63,371 nt of DNA, filler included, from Reticulomyxa filosa (GCA_000512085.1; 22 parts of 22 records of this genome joined end to end with filler, not necessarily neighbours in it); one strand, 5' to 3'. Counted from the first letter of the whole stretch, positions 1 through 14,130 are shown. A program made the numbers and translations. The notes: generated from the letters alone by a model not told the origin.

Positions 1-190
1 GTGGAGCTAGGCAATGTATAATTGAGTTATGCAATGCATGGTGGCGTTATGCAATATATGGTGGAGTTATGCAACACATGATATATTGTTCCAGGTCAGT
101 TGATGTTGTTCCGTGCCATTTTTTTTTCTAGGACAGCTAATGTTTTTCCATGACATGTAATGTTTTTCGAAGCCAGTTATGATGTTTCAA
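1..190. repeat. Degenerate 20-bp tandem repeat followed by a second ~20-bp degenerate repeat
   Basis: Units gtggagctaggcaatgtata / attgagttatgcaatgcatg / gtggcgttatgcaatatatg / gtggagttatgcaacacatg (1-80), then ttgttccaggtcagttgatg-like units. Confidence 0.7.
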
Positions 191-1639
191 ATATTATAAT
201 ATGCATTCTATGATGTTACAGACAACTGCTAATATTGTTCCTAGCTCCAAATTGCTCATGCAAAAAGCAGTATCCCTTTTGTAATAAAGGGATGGGTGGA
301 GGTGGGCCGCTATTGTTATGCCAGGCTCCGGATATTTTCCTGAATCACTTTTGTATATTTTATATTTTATATTTCTATTAAAAAAACCATATTATTGAAC
401 AACAACGAGAAATAAAAGGAAACTTTATTTCTCCGGTAGTATATGCTATTGGAGGCAATGCAATAATTTTGCATCTTCTTTTTGAAGACTGGGTTCGAAT
501 TACAGATACTGCATTATATAAACAAATCGACAGCTTGAAATATCAATACATTAAAAAATCATGTATAAAATTATTTTATAAAAATTTTGTTTCTTATCAC
601 AGAAACTTTTCATTAAAATAAAAAACAAAAATGCTAATATAACAACAAAACAAACAAAAAATTCAAAAAAACTATTTACAAATTAGGAGACTAAAATCAA
701 AACTATATTTAAAAACTACATGATTTGTAAATGTTTTTTTTCATGGAAAAAATTGATCATCAAGTCTTTTTTGCATTCTGCTGTATTTAATTTGTTATAA
801 AATTATAAAAATATTGCAAAAAGTGAATATATGTATGATGTGATTTTTTTCTTATGAGTATCAATTTATATAATTAATGAAAAGTAAGTAATCGACATAA
901 TCAAACACAATTAGAATTGAAGCCTTAGAATATTAGTGTAAATGGAAGGTCACTCTGAACTTATGAATTCCTTTTCCAAAATTTCTTCAATTCTTTTACA
1001 ACCAACTTCTTTTCTTTGTGTCTTTTGCTTATTTTTGTTGAAAAGTTGCTCAAACGAGCAATTCTTTGTATTAGACTTAGTGCAAGATCATTTTCCAGCA
1101 GCTATCTTATCCTACATTAGCATGTACATTTGCAACAGTTATTGTTCTTTCATTTTGTATCATAAATAAAGTCTCTTTTATTGCAACAAAATGTTTTTTT
1201 ATTTTCCTTAAACCCAATTGAAGGAAGATAACATAAAGTAACAAAATTTAAGTTGACTTATTCTCACCAGAGTCATGTTCGATTAATGAAATCTGATTGC
1301 ATAAATGCTACATTATGGATTTTCTCCATAAAAAATAACAATTTTCTTTTTTATATTTGATTATATTTGCTTCCTATTTGATCAAATGTCTAATGGCCCC
1401 AAAAAATTATATTTGAACCCCATCAAATGCGATATTATCTACTGCAAATGAATATTTTAACGTACGACACATAATTTTATATCCATTGAACATTCGTATT
1501 TATTTTCTAAATCTTTTGGATGCAAGTATGTTCAATTTGATATTTATGAAGCTATCAATATAGCACTTTTTTTCCATATCAATTTTTTACTCTCAAACAA
1601 AATATAATTCTTATGAACACTAAACTAACTAAAAGCCAT

Positions 1640-1960
1640 TATATTATACCCCGAATCGAATAGAACTATTTACTGAACCATCATAACACAAAATAATGTC
1701 TTAATTGTTATTGCTTTTATTTTTTGAATTGAAAAATTTAAGATATACTGCCCCATCATAATCGTTATTATTATATACAGTGTTTTCTTACTTAATTGAA
1801 ATTCCAAAAGCAAGTTATATTATCACATGATTCAAAACATATTATATTTCTATTATCATCAACTTCACTCTTGCAAAGAATTGTGTAATTCTTGCTTTGT
1901 AAAAGTTGTATATTATGCCTTTGCTGAACAAAAGTGACAACTTCATTAAGATTTGGTGGA
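1640..1960 (-). pseudogene. Decayed WD40-repeat gene
   Basis: Fragments NRNIICFESCDNITCFWN and 'ILCYDGSVNSSIRFG' resemble the paralogue at 5039-5992 (VICSSSDDQTIRFWD; NLCYGLWSGSVCIWG). Many stops and indels. Confidence 0.6.
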
Positions 1961-2889
1961 AAAATTACCATTTCTGATCGGCAGTGAAAATGATTGATGA
2001 GAAAATAAAAGATCAAGCAGGTTTATGTGTTACATCTACTTCTATTACAATTAATTTCCAATTGTTTCAAAAAAGAGTCAAAAGGAATGTGACAAATGTA
2101 TACTATTCAAAAGATTATTCTACAAGGTTGTATCACAAGCCATTTTTGTTCATCCTTCATACCCTTTACATTCTCTCAAACGCTATCGTTTATTCATAAA
2201 ATCACTTTGAACATCTACTATTCAAATGTAATTCACCACATTACATCAACAATTGTACCACCCATAATCGAATTGTATTATTTTGCCTTCTCTTTTTTTT
2301 TAAATGAAAAGATGGGCTAATGTGACAATTTTGTTTTGGTTCTTTAACAAAAAATTTTTGAAAAATATATCAATGCAACCTATACATCAAACTGAGTTGC
2401 CATTAAAAATAGCTCATATGTGTGCATAAGACTGTATTAACTCTAAAAACAAAAAATACAATGAAGATTGACGTCTATTTAATTGAACGCCATAAAAAAG
2501 CTAAAAATAAAATCTCAGAAGCTGTTAAAGCAGTTTTGTTTGAAAATATAAAAGTATCTATCTTGAAATGATGCATCAATGTGAATTTTTCTCTATCAAG
2601 TTGTGCATTTTGATTTGAAGAATTTTCTTGATGACAATGAGTAAAATAAATCTTTTTTTAAGGCGAACTCACAAAAAATTTGCAATATACTTGTAATATC
2701 CAAAAATCTTGATTTATAACTTGATTTCTACTTACTAAATCTAAATCATGCAATGACACTCTTCCTTTTTCTTAAACCCTTTTTCAAAGGAACCTTCAAA
2801 AAGAAAATTTTCTCAAAAAAAACTTTCGAATTTTCTGTCAACCAATAAATAAATCAAATCCTAGAAAATAAAAAGGCAAAGAATCGAAC

Positions 2890-3888
2890 ATGAGTAAAGT
2901 GGAAGATGAAAAATACAAAGACAAAGAATCATCTATTAAAACTAGAGTGACTCCAGTTCCTTTTGGAAATAAATGCTTTGATAGAAACTGGGTATTGAAA
3001 TTGAATAATCAAGATTGCATCAGCAATTTTATTTGTTTAGTTTGCAAACAAGTTGCAAACAATTCTGTTGAAATCTCTTGTTCTCAACACGAAGATGTTG
3101 ACAAAGCATTGGTTGTTGGTGAGAATTGTTTAAAACAATTCCTCGACAACAACAATAATACATGTCCTGTTCGACCTCATGATGGTTGCCAGTATTACAA
3201 AGCACAATCAGTGCGAATGCACATTGATGGATTAAATGTTATATGTCCAAATCAATTTAATCAAGATTTAGCACATGAAGGAAGACAAACAGGAGATATT
3301 ATAACGATGTGTAGCTTTAAAGAGAAAATAAAAGATTTGCATGAACATTTACGTACTTCATGTATATTAAAAACATCCGATTGTTGGTTTAAACAATTTG
3401 GATGTGTACATTGTTGTCTTGAGAAAGACTTGAAACAGCATTTGATTGAAAATATGGAAATGCACTTTCAATTAGTGATCGAAAAGTATGAATGGGCGAA
3501 AAATACCATCAGACAACAACAAGTTCATTTTTTCTTCTTTATAAGACTTACGATGCAATAACAATACACAAAAAAAACATAGAATGAGATTACAATATTA
3601 AAATCACAAAGAGTACTAAATACAAAAAGCCTAAATGATATCACGAAAATGAACGAAGATAGTATAGCACTAAAACACAAAATTGTATGTTTTCTTTTCT
3701 TATTTTTATATAAAAAAACAACAATACAAATATACATGTATCAGGAAGAGCTCGCTAATCAAACTACAAAATTAAAGCAAGAATTTGAAACAATAGTGTG
3801 TGAAAATAAAACTAATGACGATGAATTCAATAGTAAATGTGAATTTAAATTGACTAATTCATCATACAAACAACGAAATAAGCTCTTT
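2890..3888 (+). CDS. TRAF-type/RING-like zinc-finger coiled-coil protein, 3'-truncated (exons ~2890-3522, 3583-3684, 3745->3888)
   Basis: RING-like FICLVCKQVAN...C.QH...GENCL...CP, TRAF zinc-finger-like C...HL...C and CWFKQFGC.H...HL, then coiled coil. GT-AG introns 3523-3582 and 3685-3744 keep the frame open. Confidence 0.85.
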
Positions 3889-3988
3889 NNNNNNNNNNNN
3901 NNNNNNNNNNNNNNNNNNNNNNNNNNNNNNNNTTAATTAATTAANNNNNNNNNNNNNNNNNNNNNNNNNNNNNNNNNNNNNNNNNNNN
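3889..3988. other. Artificial contig spacer (N-run + TTAATTAATTAA + N-run). 21 copies start at about 3889, 6505, 10768, 12376, 21637, 23843, 26782, 31811, 36344, 38137, 40590, 41803, 42942, 46389, 47666, 49369, 50752, 55199, 58948, 60231 and 62169
   Basis: Same ~100-bp linker each time, with stop codons in all six frames. Used when concatenating contigs. Confidence 0.97.
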
Positions 3989-4590
3989 TTTTTTTACTCA
4001 GTTGTTATTAGTCATTAGGAAACAAAAAAAAACTTGAAAAAAATCCTTTGTTCAATTGTAGTTTTTTTAACTACCCCTTCCTCGCTGTCGGACTTTTTTT
4101 ACGTTGCTTTGAAATATAGTACAATTCAAGAAAAATTTTCTATCTATGAAATATGTTTTCAACTCTTTGTTTCAAAAAAAAAAAAATTGAAATTTATAAA
4201 ATCAGTTCTATGATCATTTGAATTCATTTCAATTACAAGTATTTTCTTTTCAATTTTCAAAAGACAAAACTGCAATTAGTTTTCATCTTCAAAAGTACAT
4301 CGTTCCAAGTAATTGTTGTTGGCATATTAAACCATTGATATTCATCGAATGCTACCGTTTCTTGATAAAAAAGTTTAAAATTTTCATTCTTTTCAACTTG
4401 CTTTCAATTGATCAGCAATTTCAATAGTTGCCTTGAAATACCAGAAATTAAAATAAAAACAAGCGAATAACATAAATAATCTTTATTTTACACTTTTATT
4501 GTAGATTACGTGGTTTTGACGAACCCCTTCGTAGTTAAAAAAAAAATCCAAGTTTTTTGATCTACGCTTGCCTTCATCAGAAGTTGAAAA

Positions 4591-5992
4591 ATGGGCAACC
4601 CTATCAGTAAAAAAGTTACCCCAACACAACTACCAAATGTAAGTTTCATTTCAATTCATTCTTCAGAAAGCTCGTTTCTTTTAAGATTTGGTCGTATGTA
4701 ATTTAAAGATAAATTTATCAGAAGAAGAAATAAATAAAGTAATTATTAGATATTGGATTCGAATATTGAACATTAAATTAGGATGGATCCATGATTTTGA
4801 CAAGCTTGTTGCTGACTATTTTATGTTTCGTTTGTTTATTTAAACATTTCTTTATTGTTATTATTCAAAATTACTCTTGGACACAGGCAACTGCAATCTT
4901 TATTCATACATTTTGTTCGTCAGCTAAATTGCTCAAAGGATTTCGTGAACACACACATTGGGTGAATAGTATTGATTATTCAGCATATAGTGATGATCAA
5001 TTGATTTGTTCAGGATCAATTGATAAAACAGTTCGTGTGTGGGATATGGAAACAAAAAAAAAATTCAATTATTCAATGGACATTCAGGTTATGTGTATTG
5101 TGTAAAATTTTCACAATATCATTACCATAATCATCGTAATCATGTCATTTGTTCTTCATCAGATGATCAAACTATCCGTTTTTGGGATATCAAAAATGGT
5201 CAACAATTAGAAAAATTTAATGTGCACACTGATGGTATTTCTGGTATTGAATTTTCACCATTTGATGGGGGTAGATATCTGTGTTCCGGATCATGGGACA
5301 AAACAATTTGCTTATGGGATATTGAAACATTCAAATCATTACATGTTTTTAATGGACATGAAGGTCGTGTTTGGTGTGTAGATATGTCACCGTTACAAAG
5401 CAGTAATAATAGCAAAAGTGATAATATTGGCAAAGATTTGATTGGAGGCAATGGATATACAATTTGTTCTGGATCATATGATAACACTGTCCGAATATGG
5501 GATATTGAAAAAACGAAATCGTTCATTATATTTAAAGGACATATAGGTTCAGTGATGAGTGTAAGATATGGATCAAATGAATTAGGAATTAATGGTGGTG
5601 CAAATACAATATTATCTGGATCAATAGATAAAAGTGTTCGTTTATGGGATATTCGATCTGGTCAACAAATTCAAGTATTCAATGGACACATGAGATCAAT
5701 CAGTGCTGTTGATTATTCACCTTTTATAGTAAATAATATTGAAGTTGGTAGTAGTTCAAATGTGATATGTTCTGGATCATATGACAATACAATTCGTTTT
5801 TGGGATATTCGATCAAATAAGAATGAATTGCATGCGATCAAAGGAAATGACAAAATAGATGATGGAATATTATGTCTAAAATTTGTATCATTAAAAAGGA
5901 AAAGAAAGGATAGCAGAAATAATGATAGCAATGTTTGTGGTGTTAATTTGTGTTATGGCTTATGGAGTGGTTCTGTTTGTATTTGGGGATAG
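4591..5992 (+). CDS. WD40-repeat protein (two 5' introns; one frameshift in an A-run near 5055)
   Basis: About 6-7 GH...WD repeats; N-terminal exon IIRYWIRILNIKLGWIHDFDKLVADY. The frame change sits in a homopolymer, so it may be a sequencing error. Confidence 0.9.
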
Positions 5993-8289
5993 TACCATTC
6001 TTTAAACAATAAAAATTGTTTACATGCTCTGACTTTTATTGTCTGTTTTAGTTGTGGCTATAAGTGAAAAAAGCGATAAACAAATAGAATTCGATATTGA
6101 ATAATTAATTGGATCTCTTCTTTTCTAATGTTTACATACGTTGCTTTTTGCTAAAATAAAAGTTTCAAATTAATGTGGTAAGCTGGAGCAGTTTAAGAAT
6201 ACTGATGTGCTTTCTGTGATCAGTTTATTAAATTGATGTTTGATATTTATAAACAAAAGTAATACCATGAAAAAAAAGTATCAAATGAACACTTACATAT
6301 TTCTTGCAAAAAAAATACAATAATTTACACTGATTCTCTTTGTTGAAAAATGATATCATAATCAGTTGTATCTTGACTTTCTATACAATATCCTTCACTA
6401 CTTTTATTGTTGCGAATTTCTGTTTTAATATCTCGCAACATTTGATTGAATGGATAACCACTCTTGTATTTTGACTTAACAATTTTTTTTAAACATTCAC
6501 TTAANNNNNNNNNNNNNNNNNNNNNNNNNNNNNNNNNNNNNNNNNNNNTTAATTAATTAANNNNNNNNNNNNNNNNNNNNNNNNNNNNNNNNNNNNNNNN
6601 NNNNGTTATTTGTCAAAATTGAATAAATACTCGAATCAAATTTGAAGAGATATCCTTTGATTTTTTTGTTTAGTTTAAACCTGAAAGCCTTAAATTAAAA
6701 GGACAGAATTATCAATTTGCCGTTGTTGAGCAAAATCATACAAAATATTTTCACATCAAGATATAAGAGGGAATTTTCATTGAAGCAAATGTCACGAATG
6801 TTTGAAATGAAAAAGACGATCATAAGTTTGTCACGTAATAATAGCAACAAGAATACAGTCAAGGAAAATATCACGAAAAGTCTTTCACAATCAAAAATTG
6901 TAAATAATAAGGAAAAATTAATTTACATGAAATGTGTGGATAATACAACTATATCTGAACCAGATATCATGCAATAAATCCGAAAATCAGAAACAATAAA
7001 GAAGTGTATCAATGGCATTCAAAGTAAAAGACAACACAAAACGGAGTGGTAATAATATAAATAACAAAAAGTTCTTTAAAATCTAAAAAAAATATGATTA
7101 TACACACATTAGCATTATTAAAAGTGATGAAGGAGTCTTGAATAACACTGCATTTTCATGTATGCAACCTAACATTGCTTGATTTGAATTGAATTCTTTT
7201 AATGAATCTACTCCTAATTATATATTAATTTTGTCTATGTTTGTTGAGTAATATGAATAACATAAATACATCAATTAATTGTAGAATAAAAAAGAAAGTT
7301 GACACTTTTTACACTTCTAATCCAACCTTGATGTTGTTTAAATAAAATGAATTGTTTATCCCATATTCGAAGATCAATAATACCAATACTTTTATTATTA
7401 TCACTTTTATTACTTTGTAGTGGTGACATGATGTCCATTTAATAACTTTATTTCATACATTAATTGTTTTATCAAATGATCTAGAACAACTTAATTTATT
7501 ATCATTAAATGTTGATCAGTATGTTTATTAAAAGTAAAATAAATCAAAATTAATTGCATTTCAATATTCATTTGTGTTTGTTTAATTATATTATTTTTAT
7601 CCAATATCATATTTTAATTTATTAATTTATTTGTTTTTTTAATTCATTAGTGTCAATATCACGTTATCTAATTCATTAAATGCAATTGTATATAAATTTT
7701 TATTTTTAAAAATATATACACTCTTTAAAATTATTTTATTGCAGCGACAAATAAAAAACTAAAGTTAAAAGATGGTTTTATTAACGCGGGCTTTGAATTT
7801 GAAATGAACACAAAGACTTGATTTTAATTTATTGTAAAAAATGATTTTTTTTTTGATGAAGCAAGGTAAAATTGCGTGGAAGTGATTGAAACAACTAACT
7901 TTAAAAATTATCAAACTAACTCTTAAAAATTAATGTCAAAATAAAAAAATCAAATTTGGTAAGGTAAATCACAATTTCAAAAAATTTAGGTATGTCTGCA
8001 AGATAAACAACAAAGTCAATTCTAAAATTCATGAAAATGAATCATGAGCAAAGTCTAATTGCTTAGATTATAAAAATAACAGTTGAATTTAATATATGAA
8101 TCTGTAAAAAAAACTTTAAATCTAACAAAACTGCAAAACTAAAGTAAATCTTTATGTACAAGTTGTTGTGAAGAAAATTTTTTTTTTGAAAAATCTTTAT
8201 TGCTGTTGCTGTAACCATGAAATGCATTAGCATAAAAAAGTAAAGAGATTGCAACTTTTATTAAAGTAATATTTCTCTTATCGACAGAT

Positions 8290-9060
8290 CAAGCAAGAAG
8301 TAGTCATAATCATTGCCACAATAAGCCGAATTGAACACAAACTTTGTATTTGATGCAATTAGAATGTTTCAAAAACGAAAAAAGACGTTCACAGAAAGTT
8401 GACGCAAAAAATGAAAGGAAATTGGTTCGTTTGATTAAGTCAAGAAAATGTTCCACTGTAATTGATGTTAAGAAATCATTGCAATAAGATAATACATTTC
8501 ACAGAGTATCTATTTCAACATGTAAAAGGATTCTATATCGCTCAGGATTAAAAGAGAAAGTGAAAAACAAGAAACATTACCTCAAGAAACTTCATTATAT
8601 ATAATAGTTGGTGCTTTATGTCATTGCAGGGAGTTGGTTTTCTGTGCAAAATAGAAGGTAATTTGGATTCTTCATTGTGACATAACATTCTAGGCGATGA
8701 ATTGATGCAAGCGTTGAATTAGTATTGACTATTAAAGTCCGATGTACTCTTTCAACATTACAACGATCTAAAACATAGCTATAATTCAACTAAAGAATGA
8801 TAAAAGAAAATGAAATTAACGTTTTTTGTGGTTTGCATAATCTTCTGATACGAATCCCATGAATAATTTGTGGAATGAACTTGATCGTCGAATTAAACAT
8901 CGCTCAAAATTGTCAACTTCTGTTGAAAACGTATGGAAAATTGTTCAAAAAGAATTAGAAACAATTCCAGCAGAATTCTGTCAAAAACTAATTAGTAGTA
9001 TGGTTGACAGTATCAAAGGTTTGAAAAAAGCTAAATGTAGCTGCACAAAATTGTAGCACC
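8290..9060 (+). mobile_element. Decayed Tc1/mariner DDE transposase
   Basis: WCFMSLQGVGFLCKIEGNLDS (WG..GVG.L..I.G), FQHYNDLKHS (FQQDNDPKH), SSDTNPMNNLWNELDRRI (SPDLNPIENLW), IP...CQKLISSM. Multiple stops. Confidence 0.88.
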
Positions 9061-9325
9061 TAAATTCTTTTGAAAATGTTTTTTAGTATTTTTGGTCAAA
9101 AGTGTTCAAATGAGTTTTGAATGATTAGAAAAATGAAAAATGATAAAGTATAAAAATAATATTGTACATATAAAAATTATCTATGTATTAGGAAGTCAAA
9201 AAGAGTTTTAATTCATTTTTATTTAGCCATGAGAAAAATGGATATTTTTCAGTTCTAAGGCATAAAACATAGTTACAAAATCTGCTCAGTTCAACGTCTT
9301 GTGAAGGTACTATGGCAAGCCCTAT

Positions 9326-9708
9326 TGTTAGGGAACTCTGGGTCCTTTTTTATCTCAAACTTACTTCACACTTTTTTCGTCTTTTCTTCTTGTTTTATCG
9401 TCATTTATATTCTTTTTGATTTAATTATTTTGTTTTTTTATTGAGAAATCATTCAAGAGCAATATTTTCGTATTACGCTTTGTGCCGGTCAACGCATCCC
9501 AAAGTACTCTCATTTTACATGGTTATTGTGAAAATATCTCCAAAACAAGTGAAAATGGAGGCTTTCTCCTTAGTGCCCAACACTACATACGCTCTAAAGC
9601 TCAGAATCGTGCTACTGCTAGTAAAGAGTCAAACTAGATCTTTATCAAATTTTTTTAAAATGCGTGTAAAGACAATCATCAAAAAACTAAAGCTAATTTC
9701 TGCTAACA
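9326..9708. mobile_element. Possible solo LTR
   Basis: Bounded by TGTTAG...CTAACA (6-bp terminal inverted repeat, TG..CA). No target-site duplication seen. Confidence 0.25.
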
Positions 9709-9995
9709 TTTGTAATTTTTTTCGTAAAATAGATATAGTTGTCAGATATTTGTAAAAACATGTCTACATCATCTCAGTTTAATGAAAGACAATAAAACAG
9801 TAAAATCTGCCAATTTTAACTGAAGCAGTTCAGCGGTACACCATTTTCATTAGTTTCAATGTTTTAGTGAACGTCACAGTATTGTGCCTTTTTTAAAGTG
9901 TTACCTGTGAAAAAGGAAGTAAAAGAGATTGGTTGATATGAGGTAAACTTTCGTTTCTTGCGTATATCGAAATAGTCATTTTTGATTATTTGTTT

Positions 9996-10530
9996 ATGAC
10001 TAGCACCAAACCTACTGTGTCAAACATTACTGCGCGCACCAAATATTGCCCAACGCAAGTGGACAAGGTATGAATATATACCCAACGAAACCTTTTTGTG
10101 CAAGCCTCAGTCAAAAATATTTTGTGTACGACTTTTTGGAGTTTCTTCATTTTTTAGAAATCATTTCTTCTGTGTCATACAATCTTTGCTTATCATTTTT
10201 TGACGTACAAATTTTGTCTAATTATTCTTACATAAATAAGAAAAATGGAGCCAGTACGAATGACGACTGGAAAAGTGATGAGATGATAACGGAAGATGAA
10301 GTAAAAGAGTGTTTGGAGGAAGAAGAATTAGAGCAATCATTAGACAAAGTGAGCCAACCATTGCATTTTCTTTGCTTGAGTCAAATAGGTTGCTTTATCG
10401 CATTTTGCTATCTTTTGTTCATAAAAAAATGCGCAAACATTTGCAAGAACATGATTGGGAGACAGGAGACAGCACTCAAAGAAGAGGCTGAAGAAGAAAA
10501 AGGCGCAGATCAAACACGAGTTAAGTGCTA
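9996..10530 (+). CDS. Small intron-containing hypothetical protein (acidic)
   Basis: MTSTKPTVSNITARTKYCPTQVDK, GT donor, then exon KNGASTNDDWKSDEMITEDEVKECLEEEELEQSLDK. No family recognised. Confidence 0.4.
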
Positions 10531-10725
10531 ACAGTTTTTTTATTTTATGTTGGCTTTGTCTTCTCCTTTAATTGGAGCCTCGCATTTTCGCAGGATCGCA
10601 TTGAAGTGATTACGGGAAGTTCATCTCAATCAAAAAGAATTGTTTGGAAAAAAGTTTTGTTCACTTTGTGCCAAATTTATTTTTGCAGTGTTGTGTTTTT
10701 ATATTGATTGCTTTATCCATTTTAC

Positions 10726-10756
<31 letters not shown>

Positions 10757-12475
10757 GTTTTTTTTTTNNNNNNNNNNNNNNNNNNNNNNNNNNNNNNNNN
10801 NNNNNNNNNNNTTAATTAATTAANNNNNNNNNNNNNNNNNNNNNNNNNNNNNNNNNNNNNNNNNNNNGGATTTGTTCTTCCAAACGTACACTCATGTCCA
10901 CTTCTATAATATATAAATATGTATATTTGCTTGAATAATATATTTACATATATGTGTATGACATACCACTTTGATCATTGACATTCATCTTTACAACAAA
11001 TTTATAAAAGTAATTGGCGACGCACGAGAATGGACAATAACACATACTGTAAGAATTGATCATTTACAGTTGCTCAAGATTTACATTGACTAATTTGTCC
11101 AATAAGCTGAATAACCATTCATCATTGCCATATTTTTCGCATTGCCTTTGTCGATGTTAACAATTACTTGATCGATATTGGATTGCTTGTAGAAGCAGCA
11201 TCTTTTGTATTGGTGTTTTGTTGTTTGAGATTCATATTCACAGCTACATGATAAATGGCCATATAATAAAAGTGAAGATATTTCATCTTGAATTTTCCAT
11301 ACTTGTTACAGCTACTTTTTATTCTATTGATAGACAAACAAGTTGTGTGATTTGTATTGCAATATCACATTACTCACAATTGTTTCAAATGTAAAACATA
11401 GAATTACAAAAATACCACTGACTTTAAAGTCGAATTTCAAAATACTGCCATCGTCATTGTCCTGATCATCTTTGTAGTATATGGATTGCGATTGTGTTCA
11501 GAAGGACGCTTCTTTTTTGATAACAATATTGAGCTAATGGAAGTTGACTGTATGATTTGTCCGCAACAATAACAGCCATTGTTCACTTGTATCTCGCGAA
11601 TGAAGGCAACTTTTGGTCCATGAACATATCCCGAAGCTTCGAATATTGCTTGCTTGTTGCTACACTGGTCCAACTGTTCAAAACAAGACAAAACCAAACG
11701 TTTTCAATAATGTAATGCACAACATAAAAAAATGGTTCGCACAAGTCAATTCAAGATGTTTGTATTATAAAAATTTATTTTAACAAAGATAGACGTAGTA
11801 AACTTCGAACTGCCATGTCTTGAGTCCAATCGACTTGATCCAAACTTCTGCTTCTTTTTGCGGTTCCATTTCTGTTTATATTATTATGTTTATAGATTTG
11901 TTTTTTAAAAAATAAACAAATAAAAAAAAATAAAATTACTTAACGTTGTCATTTGAGGCATAGCCTCACAATAAATAAAATAAAAATATTTTTTAATTAT
12001 TTTTTTTTTCTATTATTCTTTTTTTTTTTCCTTTATTTATTTTTTTCTTTCTCATTAATAAAATTTTTTCTTTTTCTTTTTCTATTATTTTTTCTTAATA
12101 AAAATTTTCTTTTTTTCTTTTTATTATTCCCTTTTTTTTATTATTAATCCATTTTTTTTTTCTTATTATATACTTTTTTTTTCCCCACTTATTTTTCCCC
12201 CCCTATTTTTTTCCCCAACCATTAAAATACCGGATCCTGGACATCTATATTTACGCATCAAACAAAGTTATTTTTTTTATTTATCAAAAGACAAATAAAA
12301 AAATAAATATACCTGGACAGTGGAGCTCGAGCTCCAATTCTATTTTTTCTTTCAAAAAACATTCACTTTTTTTTTNNNNNNNNNNNNNNNNNNNNNNNNN
12401 NNNNNNNNNNNNNNNNNNNTTAATTAATTAANNNNNNNNNNNNNNNNNNNNNNNNNNNNNNNNNNNNNNNNNNNN

Positions 12476-13380
12476 AGTGCCATTTAGGTATGGCGGTTTT
12501 TTTTGCAATTTACTGTATTATCTTCAATTTTTGATAGAACTTGATTCATGCTATCAAATGTAGCACCAATAAATCTTTTATCATCTTCATTATTTTTTAT
12601 GTTTTCTTTCGTTTCTTTTTCTTCTTTTGTATCCATTTTATCGAATGGAAATAAAATTATACAAAGCTAATGTAATATTGCCCAATATGTCAGGCTGTTC
12701 ACTTTTTTTATGAAACAAAAATTTGTTTTTAATTGAAGATGATAAGACCCGATATTTTCTTCTGTCAATAAAAAAAGACCAGGTTTATCATGTTTACGTA
12801 TTGTTAGTTTATCAAGTGAAGGTGATGCTGTATAACTCATTTGATTTTTTTATTATAAAATGATATAATTTTTTAATGAAGTTTAAGCTACTTAAAACCA
12901 ATTCCCTTATTGTTTGCCATATTAAGACTTTTGTTAACATAATCCTCGCGCCTGGTTCATAGATGGCCATGTAATTTAGATAAGCTTGAACAGTAATGTA
13001 AGATATTTGATTATTTGAGGTATCTCTCAAATAATTTTTGAATGCATTTTTTACCCAAACGAAATCATATTTTGATGAATCCCATCCCTTTTCTAATTCT
13101 CTACATATTTAAAAATATATTGAATGTCAGCTCTATACAAATCATCAAGCAAATCTTTTTCTGTTATTTACTGTAATCCTGTTGGAATTGTTCTGTTTTT
13201 AACAGCATTAAAAAGTGATGAAATGATTGATTGGCCTCCTTCAGGAATATCATGACCTGTAATTGTTCTAAATATTCTATTTTTCTCAATATTTTTTTGT
13301 TTTTCAGTTCCATTATACAAGTCAATGGTAGCTAAATTTCTTTAGGTCAAACCACAAAATCAGCATATCTTCATGTAACT
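12476..13380 (-). pseudogene. Decayed unknown coding sequence next to a dispersed repeat
   Basis: Protein-like fragments (RTITGHDIPEGGQSIISSLF; GWDSSKYDFVWVKNAFKNYL) broken by stops and frameshifts. Confidence 0.4.
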
Positions 13381-13419
13381 ATATATATCACTTTTAAAAA
13401 GACATTATATTATTTTATT

Positions 13420-13680
13420 TGTTTTCAATTTCATTTTTTAAATTAAACTTTATACATCTTCAATTTTGCTTTTCTATAATTATTCCACAATGATATAGAA
13501 AATTGATTTTAAGGATTCGACAAATTAGTTTTACCTGGATCCTGAGTTTTTTTTCTCACAAAATAAAAGTGCTTTTAAAGATATGTTTACAAATTGTTAT
13601 GACTAATATATAATCATAGTTTTAAATAAAATTTTGGGTATTCGAAAAAGAAATTTGACAAATAAAATATCACTTTATAT
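13420..13680 (+). repeat. Dispersed repeat family B (TIR-like)
   Basis: Core tagaaaattgattttaaggattcgacaaattagtttta..gatcctgagttt recurs at ~52890-53195 (-), ~53905-53995 (+), ~35920-36030 (-) and ~36320-36343 (+). Confidence 0.85.
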
Positions 13681-13729
13681 ACAAGTCAATTTTATTTATT
13701 AGACATAATTTTTTTATATTTTAAAAAAT

Positions 13730-14130
13730 ATATGGAAAAGCCATGGTAATAACAATGAAAAAGATGAAAAAAATTTTATATTATTTTGTAATTATAAAGT
13801 ATTATTAATAAAATACTATGAAAAAATAAAACGTTTTGGTTATACACAATTAATGGATTATTCTAGATTTAATACTACATTTAATTCATTTAGATATATT
13901 TATGATTATATATTTTTATTTGGAAAAAGTAACCTTTACAAAGAAGGTGTATATAATATTTATAAATATTCAATAAAAACGGGAACATTGGACAAGTGCA
14001 AAGCTATATTACCAATTAAATTATCTTCATCTTTCGCCTTTTTGAATGGTGATCGTTCATGTGTTCATATTGTTGGTCAATCTGATAATATGAAAAAGTA
14101 CATTTGAGTATCAAATTTGAGAAACTCTTT
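13730..14130 (+). pseudogene. Kelch-like propeller pseudogene
   Basis: YDYIFLFG...IYKYSIKTGTLDKCKAILPIKLSSSFAFLNGDRSCVHIVG resembles Kelch blades. Frameshifted. Confidence 0.55.

Noticed and set aside
3889-3988. Recurring TTAATTAATTAA palindrome as a biological repeat or CRISPR-like array
   Set aside because: Always embedded in N-runs of the same layout; it is an artificial linker. ORFs ending in 'XXXLIN' are artefacts of it.
5040-5070. Programmed ribosomal frameshifting in WD40 and other genes
   Set aside because: Breaks fall in homopolymers (also ~25140 and ~34725) in a draft with many ragged A/T runs; sequencing error or decay is simpler.
11900-12220. Phe/Leu-rich ORF 11953-12147
   Set aside because: Translation of low-complexity T-rich DNA.
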